Positions 1-9,695 of a stretch of 64,000 nt of DNA are shown here, one piece after another (position 1 is the stretch's first letter; every line of letters begins with the position of its first letter). The position numbers and the translations under genes are program-made. The stretch spans positions 20,094-84,093 of the forward strand of contig JAPOTT010000019.1 in NCBI GenBank assembly GCA_026709025.1. Direction: 5' to 3'. This DNA comes from a bacterium. GTDB taxonomy: Bacteria; Actinomycetota; Acidimicrobiia; Acidimicrobiales; Bin134. The notes beneath the pieces are model-generated. The model made no database searches and was not told where the DNA came from. It saw only the letters and a program-made list of their open reading frames with translations.

Positions 1-1843
1 CAGTAACTCGTGCGCTCAACACTAAATCAAGTTCGTTAAGCGTTGCCACTGCCGCACTGGTTGTCATTCCTAACAAGCTAGGAACCTCAACCGTTTGAGG
101 CCCGATAGAAACTACAAGTTGTATAGAGGTATCTTCAAACAAAAGAGCAGGGGGAGCAGGATCGGTGGTTATCACTAAGCCTTCTTGGATTTCTTCAGAG
201 GTTTGTTCTTGTAAATCTTCACTTACCTCAAAGCCCGCTTGAGTAAGCACTTGCGTAGCCCTAAGCGGTGTCATTTCTGCCACAACAGGCACTTCAATTG
301 CCGCAGGTCCTCCTGCCACATAAAGCACCACTGAAGCACCAGGAGCTATGTCTGTACCAGAAGTTGGATCTTGACGGATTACTTGGCCCTCTGGCGCATT
401 AGATTCCTCATCCACCACCAGTTCTACAACAAGCCCACGATCTTGAAGAAAACGGGTTGCATCCCTGGCCATCTCACCTACAACCCCGGGCACCATAACC
501 GGTGCAGGCCCAGAACTAATGGTAAGCACAACTTGACTTCCTACATCTACGTCTGTTGTTGCAACAGGATTCTGAGAGATCACCTGTCCTGCTGGCACGT
601 TTGGCGATATCTCCGTTGCTTGACTCACCATAAGACCCATAGTGCGTAGTTGGTTTATGGCCACATCACCACTAACACCAACTACATCAGGCAGTTCTAC
701 CTGCAGTACAGGGGTAGGAGCAACCACCGGCGGGCTATCAGATTCTGTTCCTAACATGTTGGACAATACAAAAAAGAGCAACACAGCAATTGCTACAAAC
801 GCAACTGCTGCCGCAACAAATAACCCAACACGAGAGGAAGCTTCTATATCTGCTCTAGACGTATTAGGCTCATCTGCTGGTTGTGCTAGTTGTTCCGGTT
901 GTTCTAGCTGGCCTGTTTTTGCGGGTTGAGCAGGTAATGTAGGCTTAGCAAGCGAAGGGCGAGGTGGTTGGTCTACCGCTGTAGGAACTGACTTGTTACG
1001 TTGATTACGTTGATGCTCTCCTTCCATATAACGGTTTAGATCTCGCTGCAAATCCATGGCCGTTGGATATCTACTTGCAGGGTCTTTAGCTAGCAACTTC
1101 ATGTTGATTGCCTCTAGAGACTCTGGTAATACAATACCCTTATGTGTTGGCCATGGCACTGCCTCTTGAACATGCTTATATGCCACCGCAACTGAACTTT
1201 CACCTACAAAGGGAGGTCGACCACAGAGCATCTCATATAACACCACCCCTAGTGAGTAAAGATCGCTACGATGGTCGAGGCTTTCTCCCTTTGCCTGCTC
1301 AGGAGAAAAATAAGTAGCGGTGCCCATAACCGAACCCATTTTTGTAAGGTTAGAATCAGCTGTATCCAAAGCAGCTATAGCTATTCCAAAGTCGGTCACC
1401 TTTGTTTTACCATCGGAAGCGATCAGCACGTTACCTGGTTTCACATCCCGGTGAATCACACCATTGCTGTGAGCAAAACCCAATGCTGCAGCAACGCTAA
1501 GGGCTATTTCTGCTGCTCGGTCTGCAATAAAAGGCCCCGAAGTAGCAATTAGCTCAGCCAAACTCTTGCCTTCAATATACTCCAAAACCAAAAAGTGAGT
1601 ACCAGCATCAGAGACCCAGTCGTAAACCTCCACAATGTTGGGATGGTTGAGATTAGCTGCTGCGGTTGCCTCACGACGAAAGCGCTCCACAAAACTAAGA
1701 TCGGTAGCAAACTCAGGAAACAACCGCTTGATTGCAACCGAGCGTGATAACAATGTGTCGTAGCCCAAAAACACATCGGTCATCCCACCACGAGCTACGT
1801 GTCTACGTAGTTGGTAACGCCCACCTAAAATATCCGAAGTCAT
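1..1843 (-). CDS. pknB: Ser/Thr protein kinase with C-terminal PASTA repeats (PknB-like); 3' end runs off the window
   Basis: Absent from the ORF track because it is open to the window edge. My translation from the ATG at 1843 gives MTSDILGGRYQLRRHVARGGMTDVFLGYD...HRDVKPGNVLIASDGKTKVTDFGIA...SPEQAKG. A TM segment (GLFVAAAVAFVAIAVLLFFV, about nt 765-830) is followed by repeated PASTA-like units (VPxVVG...GxxVxLxxSxGP). There is no stop in frame down to nt 2. Confidence 0.9.
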   Translation of the reverse strand, partial: MTSDILGGRYQLRRHVARGGMTDVFLGYDTLLSRSVAIKRLFPEFATDLSFVERFRREATAAANLNHPNIVEVYDWVSDAGTHFLVLEYIEGKSLAELIATSGPFIADRAAEIALSVAAALGFAHSNGVIHRDVKPGNVLIASDGKTKVTDFGIAIAALDTADSNLTKMGSVMGTATYFSPEQAKGESLDHRSDLYSLGVVLYEMLCGRPPFVGESSVAVAYKHVQEAVPWPTHKGIVLPESLEAINMKLLAKDPASRYPTAMDLQRDLNRYMEGEHQRNQRNKSVPTAVDQPPRPSLAKPTLPAQPAKTGQLEQPEQLAQPADEPNTSRADIEASSRVGLFVAAAVAFVAIAVLLFFVLSNMLGTESDSPPVVAPTPVLQVELPDVVGVSGDVAINQLRTMGLMVSQATEISPNVPAGQVISQNPVATTDVDVGSQVVLTISSGPAPVMVPGVVGEMARDATRFLQDRGLVVELVVDEESNAPEGQVIRQDPTSGTDIAPGASVVLYVAGGPAAIEVPVVAEMTPLRATQVLTQAGFEVSEDLQEQTSEEIQEGLVITTDPAPPALLFEDTSIQLVVSIGPQTVEVPSLLGMTTSAAVATLNELDLVLSARVT

Positions 1844-1859
1844 CTCAGACATTACGCAT

Positions 1860-2675
1860 CTACCTTGCTTTTTCTACTTTTGGATCAGAGATCATCTGCG
1901 TTTCTTTAACGTCAGCCACTAAGACGGTTATGTTGTCTGCTGCAAAGCAATCTAAAGCCTTTACAACTAAAGCATTGGCAGCTTCTTGAGGATCGGCACA
2001 CTCCAACAAGACAGAATGGATTGTAGAATCTGTTACCGCGTTGGTTAGTCCATCTGAGCACAACAGGTAACGATGACCATATACAGGATCAAACATCCAG
2101 TCGTCAGCCATAACATTTTCCTCATAACCCACAGTTCGGCTCAACTTGCTGAGGTCGTTTGCCTTTAGAAGGGCTAAATCTACCCCTGCCTTAATAGCCT
2201 CCTGACGAGCCGTGTGATCTTGAGTTAGCTGCCACAAACCGGCCTCATCACAGCGATAGGCCCGTGAATCACCAATATTTACAACAGCCAATAGCTCTTT
2301 AGCATCTTTTTCCACAACAGCTAAAACGCACAAAGTAGTACACATACCCTTTAGCTCAACAATAGACCAAGACTTATCCCAAACCCTGCGATTAGCTTCT
2401 GCCACAGCACCCAACAGCTCATCTATGGATGGCAAAAGAGGTACATTCTGACGGAGCCGACCACCTGATTTGGTTGCTTCACGCGATACAACCGCAGTAT
2501 TTCGGGCCTCTACAAGAGCTTCCACAGCTAGAGCAGATGCCACCTCCCCGGCATTGTGCCCTCCTAAGCCATCTGCAACCACACACAGATGCTCGCTTAC
2601 ATGCGCGGCATCCTGATTTATTACACGGTCGCCTTTGGCAGTAGCTTGAGCTGCGAGAAGCCAAATCATCAACAA
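1860..2675 (-). CDS. pstP: PP2C-family Ser/Thr protein phosphatase (PstP-like catalytic domain, no obvious TM tail)
   Basis: 271-aa ORF with PP2C motifs (VVADGLGGHNAGEVAS, NIGDSRAY, LLCSDGL). It lies directly upstream of pknB on the same strand. Confidence 0.85.
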   Translation of the reverse strand: MLMIWLLAAQATAKGDRVINQDAAHVSEHLCVVADGLGGHNAGEVASALAVEALVEARNTAVVSREATKSGGRLRQNVPLLPSIDELLGAVAEANRRVWDKSWSIVELKGMCTTLCVLAVVEKDAKELLAVVNIGDSRAYRCDEAGLWQLTQDHTARQEAIKAGVDLALLKANDLSKLSRTVGYEENVMADDWMFDPVYGHRYLLCSDGLTNAVTDSTIHSVLLECADPQEAANALVVKALDCFAADNITVLVADVKETQMISDPKVEKAR

Positions 2676-2726
2676 CCTATTTTAGTGGTGTCGTTGGGTC
2701 TTGTACGCTAATGAGTTCCAAAGCTA

Positions 2727-2810
<84 letters not shown>

Positions 2811-2840
2811 CTCACTACGAACTGCTACGAGCCACGCCCA

Positions 2841-3566
2841 CTACGCACCGAACATAGCCATCCACTGATCCACAGAACGCGGCATAAAGACAAAGTTGCT
2901 GCGACGGGTTTCCGCCATGGGTGCAGAAGGCTGCGAAGAATAAAAATGACCTGGAAAAAGCGTGGCGCTATCTGGCACCCGAGCCAATCGCTGTGTGAGG
3001 CTCAGATACATTTCTTTGGGATCGCTTCCGGGAAGGTCGGTTCGCCCACACCCTTCCAAAAACAAAGTATCACCAGCCACTAAACACCCGCGGGTTAAAA
3101 AGCACTGACTGCCGGGAGTGTGGCCGGGAGTGTGAATCATCTCCACCTCCACAGAACCCACAGATACAACGTCACCACTGTGATGCAGAACCATATCTGC
3201 GGCAGTTATGCCGGTTGTCTTCGTGACGTAATTGGCCTCATCTGCTTGAACGTGAATCGGCACAGATGCCAACTCCAACAGCTCCGATACTCCTTGCACA
3301 GAAAAACCACCAAAATCCCCGCCAACATGATCGGGGTGATAGTGCGTTGCCAAAACTCCAACAAGGCGCATCCCGTCAGCCTCTAGCAGATCCAAAATCC
3401 CGGCAGGGTCATACGCTGGATCTACAACAACAGCCTCACCGGTTTGTCTGTCGCCGATGAGGTACACAAAGTTCACCATCTGCTGAGCTATTGCGTTATC
3501 TTGAGCTAGGTCTTGTCCAGAAAGCAGTTGGCGAAAATAAAAGGTATTGGGTTCAGTTTGGCTCAT
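2841..3566 (-). CDS. MBL-fold metallo-hydrolase (glyoxalase II-like)
   Basis: 241-aa ORF with the HxHxDH motif (THYHPDHVGG) and downstream HTPGHTPG. It overlaps the larC stop by 4 nt. Confidence 0.8.
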   Translation of the reverse strand: MSQTEPNTFYFRQLLSGQDLAQDNAIAQQMVNFVYLIGDRQTGEAVVVDPAYDPAGILDLLEADGMRLVGVLATHYHPDHVGGDFGGFSVQGVSELLELASVPIHVQADEANYVTKTTGITAADMVLHHSGDVVSVGSVEVEMIHTPGHTPGSQCFLTRGCLVAGDTLFLEGCGRTDLPGSDPKEMYLSLTQRLARVPDSATLFPGHFYSSQPSAPMAETRRSNFVFMPRSVDQWMAMFGA

Positions 3567-4756
3567 CGCTTTACCGGGCCCTCGTCTTCACCCTTTTGAC
3601 GCCATGCATGTTCTGCCAACGACACAACCTCTCTTGCTGGTAAGCCCAACAGCTTAGCTGCTCGCACTGCTTCATCGTGTTCCACCTTTATTCGACCAGC
3701 GCCTACCTTCACCCGTACCTGACGTCCTTGAACATCAACCTCATGTTCTAAGCGAGCTTGCGGCCATCTTTCCAAAAGGCAACCTCGAATCCCAAGAGTA
3801 CCTGTTTCAGCCGACAAAGTAGCCGCAACCTGCTCACCAATAGCAGGATCTGCCAAAGCACTCACGGTGAAGCCGGGCCGTCCCTTCTTCATCAAAATCG
3901 GAGTTAACCAAGCATCGTAAGCTCCCACATCCAACAAAGCTGTTACTGCATACGCCAAACTTTCACCGGTGGCATCATCTACGTTCGTTTCAAACAACAC
4001 TACAGGCTGACCCTGGGGACGCTGAGCAGCTGTTGTACCAACAATGACCTGCGTAAGGTTAGGACGATCTTCCAAATCCTTATCTCCAGCACCAAAACCA
4101 CTTGCAGAAACCGTCATAGGTGGAATTGGCCCCCAACCTGCACTAAGAGCTGCCAAGATGGCAGCACCCGTAGGAGTTGTAAGCTCAACTCCCACATCTA
4201 AGCCATAAGTTGGACAATCCAACAACAACTCAACTACAGCTGGTGGAGGGTTGGGCAGCAAGCCATGAGCGCTGCGTATCATGCCTTGACCTACCGCTAC
4301 AGCACTGGCGTGTACCTCATCAATGCCTAACACTTCTAGGGCCGCACAAGTACCCACTACGTCTACGATGGCATCCAAGCCTCCAACCTCATGAAAGTGA
4401 ACTTGTTCTGGAGGTCGACGGTGTAGTTTGCCTTCTGCTTGGGCAAGCGCTGCAAAAATTGCCAACGCCCTGTCTGCTACTCGTTCTGGTAAACGAGCTT
4501 CACCAATAAGAGCATTTATGTGACCAGCCGTGCGCACAACAGAAGTATCGTGTACCTCAACTTGCACATCGGTGGCAACCACACCCCCTCGCTGTGTGGA
4601 ATGTGCCTGTAAATCCCAGCCACCCACTGGCAACAGCTCACATATTTGTCGCACTTCGCCGATATCTGCACCAGCGTCAATCAGCGCTCCTAAAGCCATA
4701 TCTCCAGCTACACCACTAAAGCAGTGAAACCAAGCAATGTTGCGTGTTTTAGCCAT
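3563..4756 (-). CDS. larC: LarC-like nickel insertion protein (DUF111 family, nickel-pincer cofactor biosynthesis)
   Basis: 397-aa ORF. The N-terminus IAWFHCFSGVAGDMALGALIDAGAD is typical of the LarC/DUF111 family. Confidence 0.75.
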   Translation of the reverse strand: MAKTRNIAWFHCFSGVAGDMALGALIDAGADIGEVRQICELLPVGGWDLQAHSTQRGGVVATDVQVEVHDTSVVRTAGHINALIGEARLPERVADRALAIFAALAQAEGKLHRRPPEQVHFHEVGGLDAIVDVVGTCAALEVLGIDEVHASAVAVGQGMIRSAHGLLPNPPPAVVELLLDCPTYGLDVGVELTTPTGAAILAALSAGWGPIPPMTVSASGFGAGDKDLEDRPNLTQVIVGTTAAQRPQGQPVVLFETNVDDATGESLAYAVTALLDVGAYDAWLTPILMKKGRPGFTVSALADPAIGEQVAATLSAETGTLGIRGCLLERWPQARLEHEVDVQGRQVRVKVGAGRIKVEHDEAVRAAKLLGLPAREVVSLAEHAWRQKGEDEGPVKR

Positions 4757-4782
4757 GTTTAGCTCCTGCTAGGTGAGGCGGC

Positions 4783-5565
4783 TTAGACAAGTTGGTTTTG
4801 CTGTAAGGTACTTTTTGGCGCTAGCAAGCGCAACACAGCGCACGCAGCACCAAAACCGTTATCTACTCCAACCACCGTAACTCCCGCAGCGCAACTACAC
4901 AGCATGGCTAACAAAGCCGTTACCCCTTCTAGCGATGAACCATATCCCACGCTGGTAGGCACGGCTATTACCGGTGCTGGTGTCAACCCTCCCACAACTG
5001 AAGCCAAAGCACCCTCCATGCCAGCCACCACCACCACCGCATCGGCGGTAAGCAGCTGTTCTGCTTCACCCAATATGCGATGTATACCAGCCACTCCCAC
5101 ATCGCTTATGCGAATTGGAGCTAAGCCGTGAGCTGTCAGAACCACATTAGCCTCATCTGCCACCGGTAGGTCGGCGGTGCCCGCAGCAACAACCATTACC
5201 TTGTTATTGCGGGGTATGGCAGATTGCCACACAACAGTATTCCAATCTTCACCGTGCTTATGCTGATGCCCGGCAGGGTTTTGTGCCAGCGCTACAGCAG
5301 CTTGATCCGCATTGGCTCGGGTTAGAAGCACAGGCCCTGAGTTAGCCTGCAACAACTCCGCCACTATGGCTCCGCACTGATTTGGGGTTTTGTTGGGGCC
5401 GTACACCACTTCGGCTAAACCCTGTCGGAGGCTGCGATGATGATCTACGCGAGCAAACCCTAAATCCACAAAAGGCAAAGCACGCAACGCCAGCACCGCG
5501 TCGTCGGCTTGTAGGGTGCCAAGTCGTACCTCTTCTAGCAGTTGGCGAACCTTGGCCTCATCCAC
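4783..5565 (-). CDS. larB: LarB-like pyridinium-3,5-biscarboxylic acid mononucleotide synthase (PurE-like)
   Basis: 260-aa ORF. The N-terminal region DLGFARVDHHRSLRQGLAEVVYGPNKTP and a C-terminal PurE-like fold (VVAAGTADLPVA...VVVVAGMEGALASVVGG) are as in LarB. Confidence 0.75.
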   Translation of the reverse strand: MDEAKVRQLLEEVRLGTLQADDAVLALRALPFVDLGFARVDHHRSLRQGLAEVVYGPNKTPNQCGAIVAELLQANSGPVLLTRANADQAAVALAQNPAGHQHKHGEDWNTVVWQSAIPRNNKVMVVAAGTADLPVADEANVVLTAHGLAPIRISDVGVAGIHRILGEAEQLLTADAVVVVAGMEGALASVVGGLTPAPVIAVPTSVGYGSSLEGVTALLAMLCSCAAGVTVVGVDNGFGAACAVLRLLAPKSTLQQNQLV

Positions 5566-5676
5566 TGAAAGAACCCATGCTCATCCTCGATTGTCGGCAA
5601 AATAACTCCTGCAATTTAGCCTAAAACAAAAGTACTCATAGTAGTTAGCAGCCTTTGCTCCACTATCCTGCCCACT

Positions 5677-6624
5677 GTGAACACATCTTCTGGTGGCCCT
5701 ACTAGCGTGGCCTACCTCGGCCCCTCAGGCACTTTTACGGAGGAAGCGCTGTTTAGCCAACCCGATTTAGCAGCTTTGACGCACACGCTATGCCGATCCA
5801 TTCCTGAGGTTTTGGAAAGCACTGCTAACGGTGTGGTGAGCCTCGGCTTCACCGCCATAGAAAACTCCATCGAGGGCAGCGTCAACGTAGCCTTAGATGC
5901 CCTAATCTTTGAGCACGACCTGCTGATTCAACGTGAGGTTGTAATTGACGTAAAGCTGCATTTGCTAGCACAACCGGGTGCAGAACTAGACCAAATTACC
6001 CAAGTAATTAGCTTTCCGGTAGCTACTGCTCAATGTCGTCACTACTTAAAAACCCATCTAGCCCATATAGAAGAGATTGCAGCCAACTCCACGGCTGCAG
6101 CAGTTCAACAGCTTGCTGCCACTAAAAACCTAAACAGTGCGGCCATTGGAACTTCGCTATCACAACAACTGTATGGTTTGGAAATACTTGTAAACGACAT
6201 TGCCGACCACACCGACAACCAAACACGCTTTGTAGCCGTTGCCAAGAACAACACTCCCCCACCTAGTGGTAACGATAAAACCTCCATTGTGATATTCCAG
6301 CGCGCCGACCGTTCAGGCTCGCTTATGGGCATTCTGGCTGAGTTTGCTGCTCGCTCTATCAACCTCACCAAGTTGGAGTCTCGCCCCACCAAAAAAGCTT
6401 TAGGTGATTACTGCTTTCTAATCGACTTGGAAGGACACATCAGCGATGAGCTAGTGGCCGATTGCCTTATTAGCATCATGGCCAAGCACGGGGAATTAAA
6501 GTTTTTGGGCTCCTATCCATCTGCTAGCTCTAAGAGCACACAGCTAGATGTAGATGCCTCTAAAGCATGGACAGACGCTCAAGGCTGGATGGACAAACTA
6601 CGTTCACAGGTACGCGCCAAGTGA
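5677..6624 (+). CDS. pheA: Prephenate dehydratase with C-terminal ACT domain
   Basis: 315-aa ORF with VAYLGPSGTFTEEA, NQTRFV and ESRPTK motifs. Confidence 0.85.
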   Translation: MNTSSGGPTSVAYLGPSGTFTEEALFSQPDLAALTHTLCRSIPEVLESTANGVVSLGFTAIENSIEGSVNVALDALIFEHDLLIQREVVIDVKLHLLAQPGAELDQITQVISFPVATAQCRHYLKTHLAHIEEIAANSTAAAVQQLAATKNLNSAAIGTSLSQQLYGLEILVNDIADHTDNQTRFVAVAKNNTPPPSGNDKTSIVIFQRADRSGSLMGILAEFAARSINLTKLESRPTKKALGDYCFLIDLEGHISDELVADCLISIMAKHGELKFLGSYPSASSKSTQLDVDASKAWTDAQGWMDKLRSQVRAK

Positions 6625-7415
6625 ACAACAAAGCTGATTCCATAGATCCCAACCTGCTAGACGAGGTAGTTGCGCTAACACGAGCCGCAGGTGAATTAAC
6701 CCTAAAGTGGTTCAACAACCACGATTTAATTGTTGATCGCAAAGGAGATGGTTCTCCTGTTACAGAAGCCGACAAAGCAGCCGAAGAGTTCTTACGCGAA
6801 ACCCTTAGCAGTCGCTTCCCCGAAGATACCATAGTAGGTGAGGAGTTTGGAGAAACCTCAGGTACCACGCAAAGAAGGTGGATCATCGATCCCATTGATG
6901 GCACCCGGAGCTTTGTGCGCGGTGTGCCGTTGTACACCACCTTGCTGGCCATGTTCGACTCAAAAGGGCCTGCCATTGGCGTAATAGATGTACCGGGCCT
7001 AAACGAAGCTGTATGGGCAGCAAGAGGTTTAGGGTGTTTTCACAACAACCACCGCTGCACGGTTAGCTCTCAAACAAAACTGCAAAAATCCTACCTGTGT
7101 GCTTCTGGGTTTGAATGGTGGCCGAACACAGCTTACGAAAAGATCGCCCAAAGCGGAGCACGCCTGCGTACTTGGGGTGATGGTTACGGTTATGTGCTTG
7201 TAGCAACCGGACGCACCGAGGCCATGGTAGATCCAGGATTGAACCTGTGGGATATTGCCCCAATGTTAACCATCATCCCCGAGGCCGGTGGCCGTATCAC
7301 CACTTGGGATGGCACAACCACTCCAACTGCAGGCAACTGGATAGCTAGCAACAACAACATCCACGAGGAGTTGCTAAGCCATCTTTACCGGTCGACCAAT
7401 ACAACCCACAGCTAG
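6621..7415 (+). CDS. Inositol monophosphatase-family protein (possibly a HisN-type histidinol-phosphatase)
   Basis: IMPase motifs VTEADKAAEEFL, GEEFG and WIIDPIDGTRSF. I start it at the GTG at 6621, which overlaps the pheA stop (GTGA). The ORF-track start at 6567 would overlap pheA by 58 nt. Confidence 0.75.
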   Translation: MNNKADSIDPNLLDEVVALTRAAGELTLKWFNNHDLIVDRKGDGSPVTEADKAAEEFLRETLSSRFPEDTIVGEEFGETSGTTQRRWIIDPIDGTRSFVRGVPLYTTLLAMFDSKGPAIGVIDVPGLNEAVWAARGLGCFHNNHRCTVSSQTKLQKSYLCASGFEWWPNTAYEKIAQSGARLRTWGDGYGYVLVATGRTEAMVDPGLNLWDIAPMLTIIPEAGGRITTWDGTTTPTAGNWIASNNNIHEELLSHLYRSTNTTHS

Positions 7416-8419
7416 CTGCCCACAAACTCCTCGCTAATCAACCCATATTGCTCTGTGAGCGTCAAGAAATCACTGGCTTTTACAACTTCAGAAAGGCTCA
7501 TAGCGCCTTTAGCTTGTATCTGCTGGTTAGCCACTAGATGTAAAACGCTCAGCAACACTGTAACGGTAGCTGTGGCTGGCGGGGCTGCTGCGCCCAAAAT
7601 GCGTCCACTCCAAGCGCCATTACGTTTGCCCCGCACATCTACACGCATAGCACCTAACTTGCCTTCAGGATGGGGGGAACGCAGCATCGGCAACCAAGAA
7701 GTAAAACGATCTCGCCGGGTTGCGGCTATTCGAGCTGAGATTTTTGTAGCTTGAGGAAACCTTCGCGCCAATATTAAAGGATCACCCATAGCAGCCCTAT
7801 AACAATCCGCAGCATTCACCGGGCTTGGAAACCAACAAAGCTCCCTACCACTACCACCGGGCCGTTGCTGCCAACCATTGTTCCACTCCACAGCAAAAGA
7901 CCGAAGCGCTCGGTGATGTTGGCGCGCACAAGCCGGCCCACCGGTACCAAACTTGGCTACATGAACCTCGGTTACACAATCTAGATCTATTGCCGCCCGA
8001 GAGGCTAAAACATCGCTAAGACCCGGAGCCATACCCACCCCTACAACTAACAAAGCGTCATGTTCTGTGGCAGTGCTTTCTAGGGTCAACAAACTTCTCA
8101 CATCCCCTAAGGCATCTGATGTGGACAACACCAAACAGTTTGCCTGCAAAAACCGATTTGCTAACCGAGTGTGGCTGCCGGGTGGCAAAGCCAACACCAC
8201 CACGTCAACCTCATTGCACAAAGATTTATGTAACAACGCCTGCAAACTGCAAGCCTGAACCGTATTGCCTAATCTTGAAGCCAAACGCTCAGCCCGCTCT
8301 GTCAAACGATCTGCAACGGTTATCTGATCGAAAGCATCGCTGCTACATAACGAGGTTGCAGCAAGTCGGGTAACCAAACGTGTACCAACAACGCCAGCGC
8401 CCACTACAAGAACATGCAT
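7412..8419 (-). CDS. NAD(P)-binding Rossmann protein, saccharopine dehydrogenase-like
   Basis: 335-aa ORF with an N-terminal MHVLVVGAGVVGTRLV dinucleotide-binding motif. The family assignment is tentative. Confidence 0.5.
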   Translation of the reverse strand: MHVLVVGAGVVGTRLVTRLAATSLCSSDAFDQITVADRLTERAERLASRLGNTVQACSLQALLHKSLCNEVDVVVLALPPGSHTRLANRFLQANCLVLSTSDALGDVRSLLTLESTATEHDALLVVGVGMAPGLSDVLASRAAIDLDCVTEVHVAKFGTGGPACARQHHRALRSFAVEWNNGWQQRPGGSGRELCWFPSPVNAADCYRAAMGDPLILARRFPQATKISARIAATRRDRFTSWLPMLRSPHPEGKLGAMRVDVRGKRNGAWSGRILGAAAPPATATVTVLLSVLHLVANQQIQAKGAMSLSEVVKASDFLTLTEQYGLISEEFVGS

Positions 8420-8458
8420 ACCAGCAACCTCACTATCACAACCCAGTGCTACCTGTTA

Positions 8459-8596
8459 TTACTTGTTACCGGTGTTGTCAAGTGGCCGCCAGCCACCTGA
8501 TTTGCAAGGAGTGTCACTAGCGCCACGCATTCGCAAGATAGCTGCGATGGCTGTGGCACCACCCACCGCTACTAAGGATCGTCGCAACAACCTCAT
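8459..8596 (-). CDS. Possible 45-aa small membrane protein (MRLLRRSLVAVGGATAIAAILRMRGASDTPCKSGGWRPLDNTGNK)
   Basis: My translation of the otherwise empty spacer next to tRNA-Ile gives a basic N-terminus plus one hydrophobic helix. No homology evidence is available. Confidence 0.25.
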   Translation of the reverse strand: MRLLRRSLVAVGGATAIAAILRMRGASDTPCKSGGWRPLDNTGNK

Positions 8597-8634
8597 CACA
8601 CCGAGCCTAGTACCGTGTTGCAAAACACCACTAG

Positions 8635-8708
<74 letters not shown>

Positions 8709-8719
8709 GTGGACTGCCC

Positions 8720-9304
8720 TCAAGAATAGTTTTTCGGACGCTGTCTAGGCCAACGAAATACCGGTGGTCTCTTGCGGGGACGCTGGCGAGCTGTTTCCTC
8801 TTCAATCACCGTTACCCGCACACCACCAGTCAGATCGCTGATGAGGTTGAACAACACGCACAACAATACATTGAAAAAGGTACCTGCCACCACCAACACC
8901 AAACCTCCCACAGCTAGACCGCGAAATATCTGACTGGCGTTGAAGTTGAAATCTTGCAGTGCAAACAGCTCCTCAATAAACGACTCCGTATCGTCTACCG
9001 TACCCGACCCAACCGCCACGCTCCACAACATGGCACCAGCCAACATGGCAATCATCCACAAACAAATGTAGAACATCAGAGAAATCTTTAACGCCGACCA
9101 AGGTTCAATATGGCGAACCACCCTTCGCACCTTACGCGCTTGCAGACGAACTGCATGACGATACTCCCGCGGGGTAACCTTTACCGGTTGACGGGCAGCA
9201 TTCGCTTTAGCCGGTGTAGCCACAGAGGGCTGAGCATCGCGATTGGTGACTACTGACACGCTAATGAGTTTACGCTGTTGTTCATCTATCTTGATTCTCC
9301 TCAT
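8720..9304 (-). CDS. DUF3566-type transmembrane protein (conserved gyrA-downstream gene of actinobacteria)
   Basis: 194-aa ORF with IEPWSALKISLMFYICLWMIAMLAGAMLWSV and a second TM. Its position downstream of gyrA matches the DUF3566 family. Confidence 0.7.
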   Translation of the reverse strand: MRRIKIDEQQRKLISVSVVTNRDAQPSVATPAKANAARQPVKVTPREYRHAVRLQARKVRRVVRHIEPWSALKISLMFYICLWMIAMLAGAMLWSVAVGSGTVDDTESFIEELFALQDFNFNASQIFRGLAVGGLVLVVAGTFFNVLLCVLFNLISDLTGGVRVTVIEEETARQRPRKRPPVFRWPRQRPKNYS

Positions 9305-9632
9305 GCGGCAATCGGGTATCCAACCAATCGTGAGAAATCAGCTCAGCTGTTGCTTCGGCGCTTATCCCTTCATAGTGGATCACAACTGTTTTGGAGTTTT
9401 GCCCAGACAGATTAACATTAGACAGACTGACAAGAGTGGCGCTGTTGGCCTCAGCCACTCCCATAGCCGCTTGGGGATCAGCTGCTGCTGCCATTGCAAC
9501 CACATCAGCAATAGCCATCGCTCGCCCTCGTTTCACGCTCTGAGCCCCAAGATGCCCTAATGCAGCTATTGTAATCGCAACCAACACCAACAGTGCTGCG
9601 GTGAGCACCGAAATAGACCCTCGCTGGCACAT
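9282..9632 (-). CDS. TadE-like pseudopilin-type protein (Rv3654c-family-like)
   Basis: 116-aa ORF. The pattern RGSISVLTAALLVLVAITIAALG...RGRAMAIADVVAMAAA...VAEANSATLVSL resembles the 'helicase/secretion neighbourhood TadE-like' family. By-eye call only. Confidence 0.45.
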   Translation of the reverse strand: MCQRGSISVLTAALLVLVAITIAALGHLGAQSVKRGRAMAIADVVAMAAAADPQAAMGVAEANSATLVSLSNVNLSGQNSKTVVIHYEGISAEATAELISHDWLDTRLPHEENQDR

Positions 9633-9695
9633 TTACGTATCTCTTCTCTCGGCAACAGATTCCGAGCAGTGTGCAAAGGGGAAGCAATAATAAGA

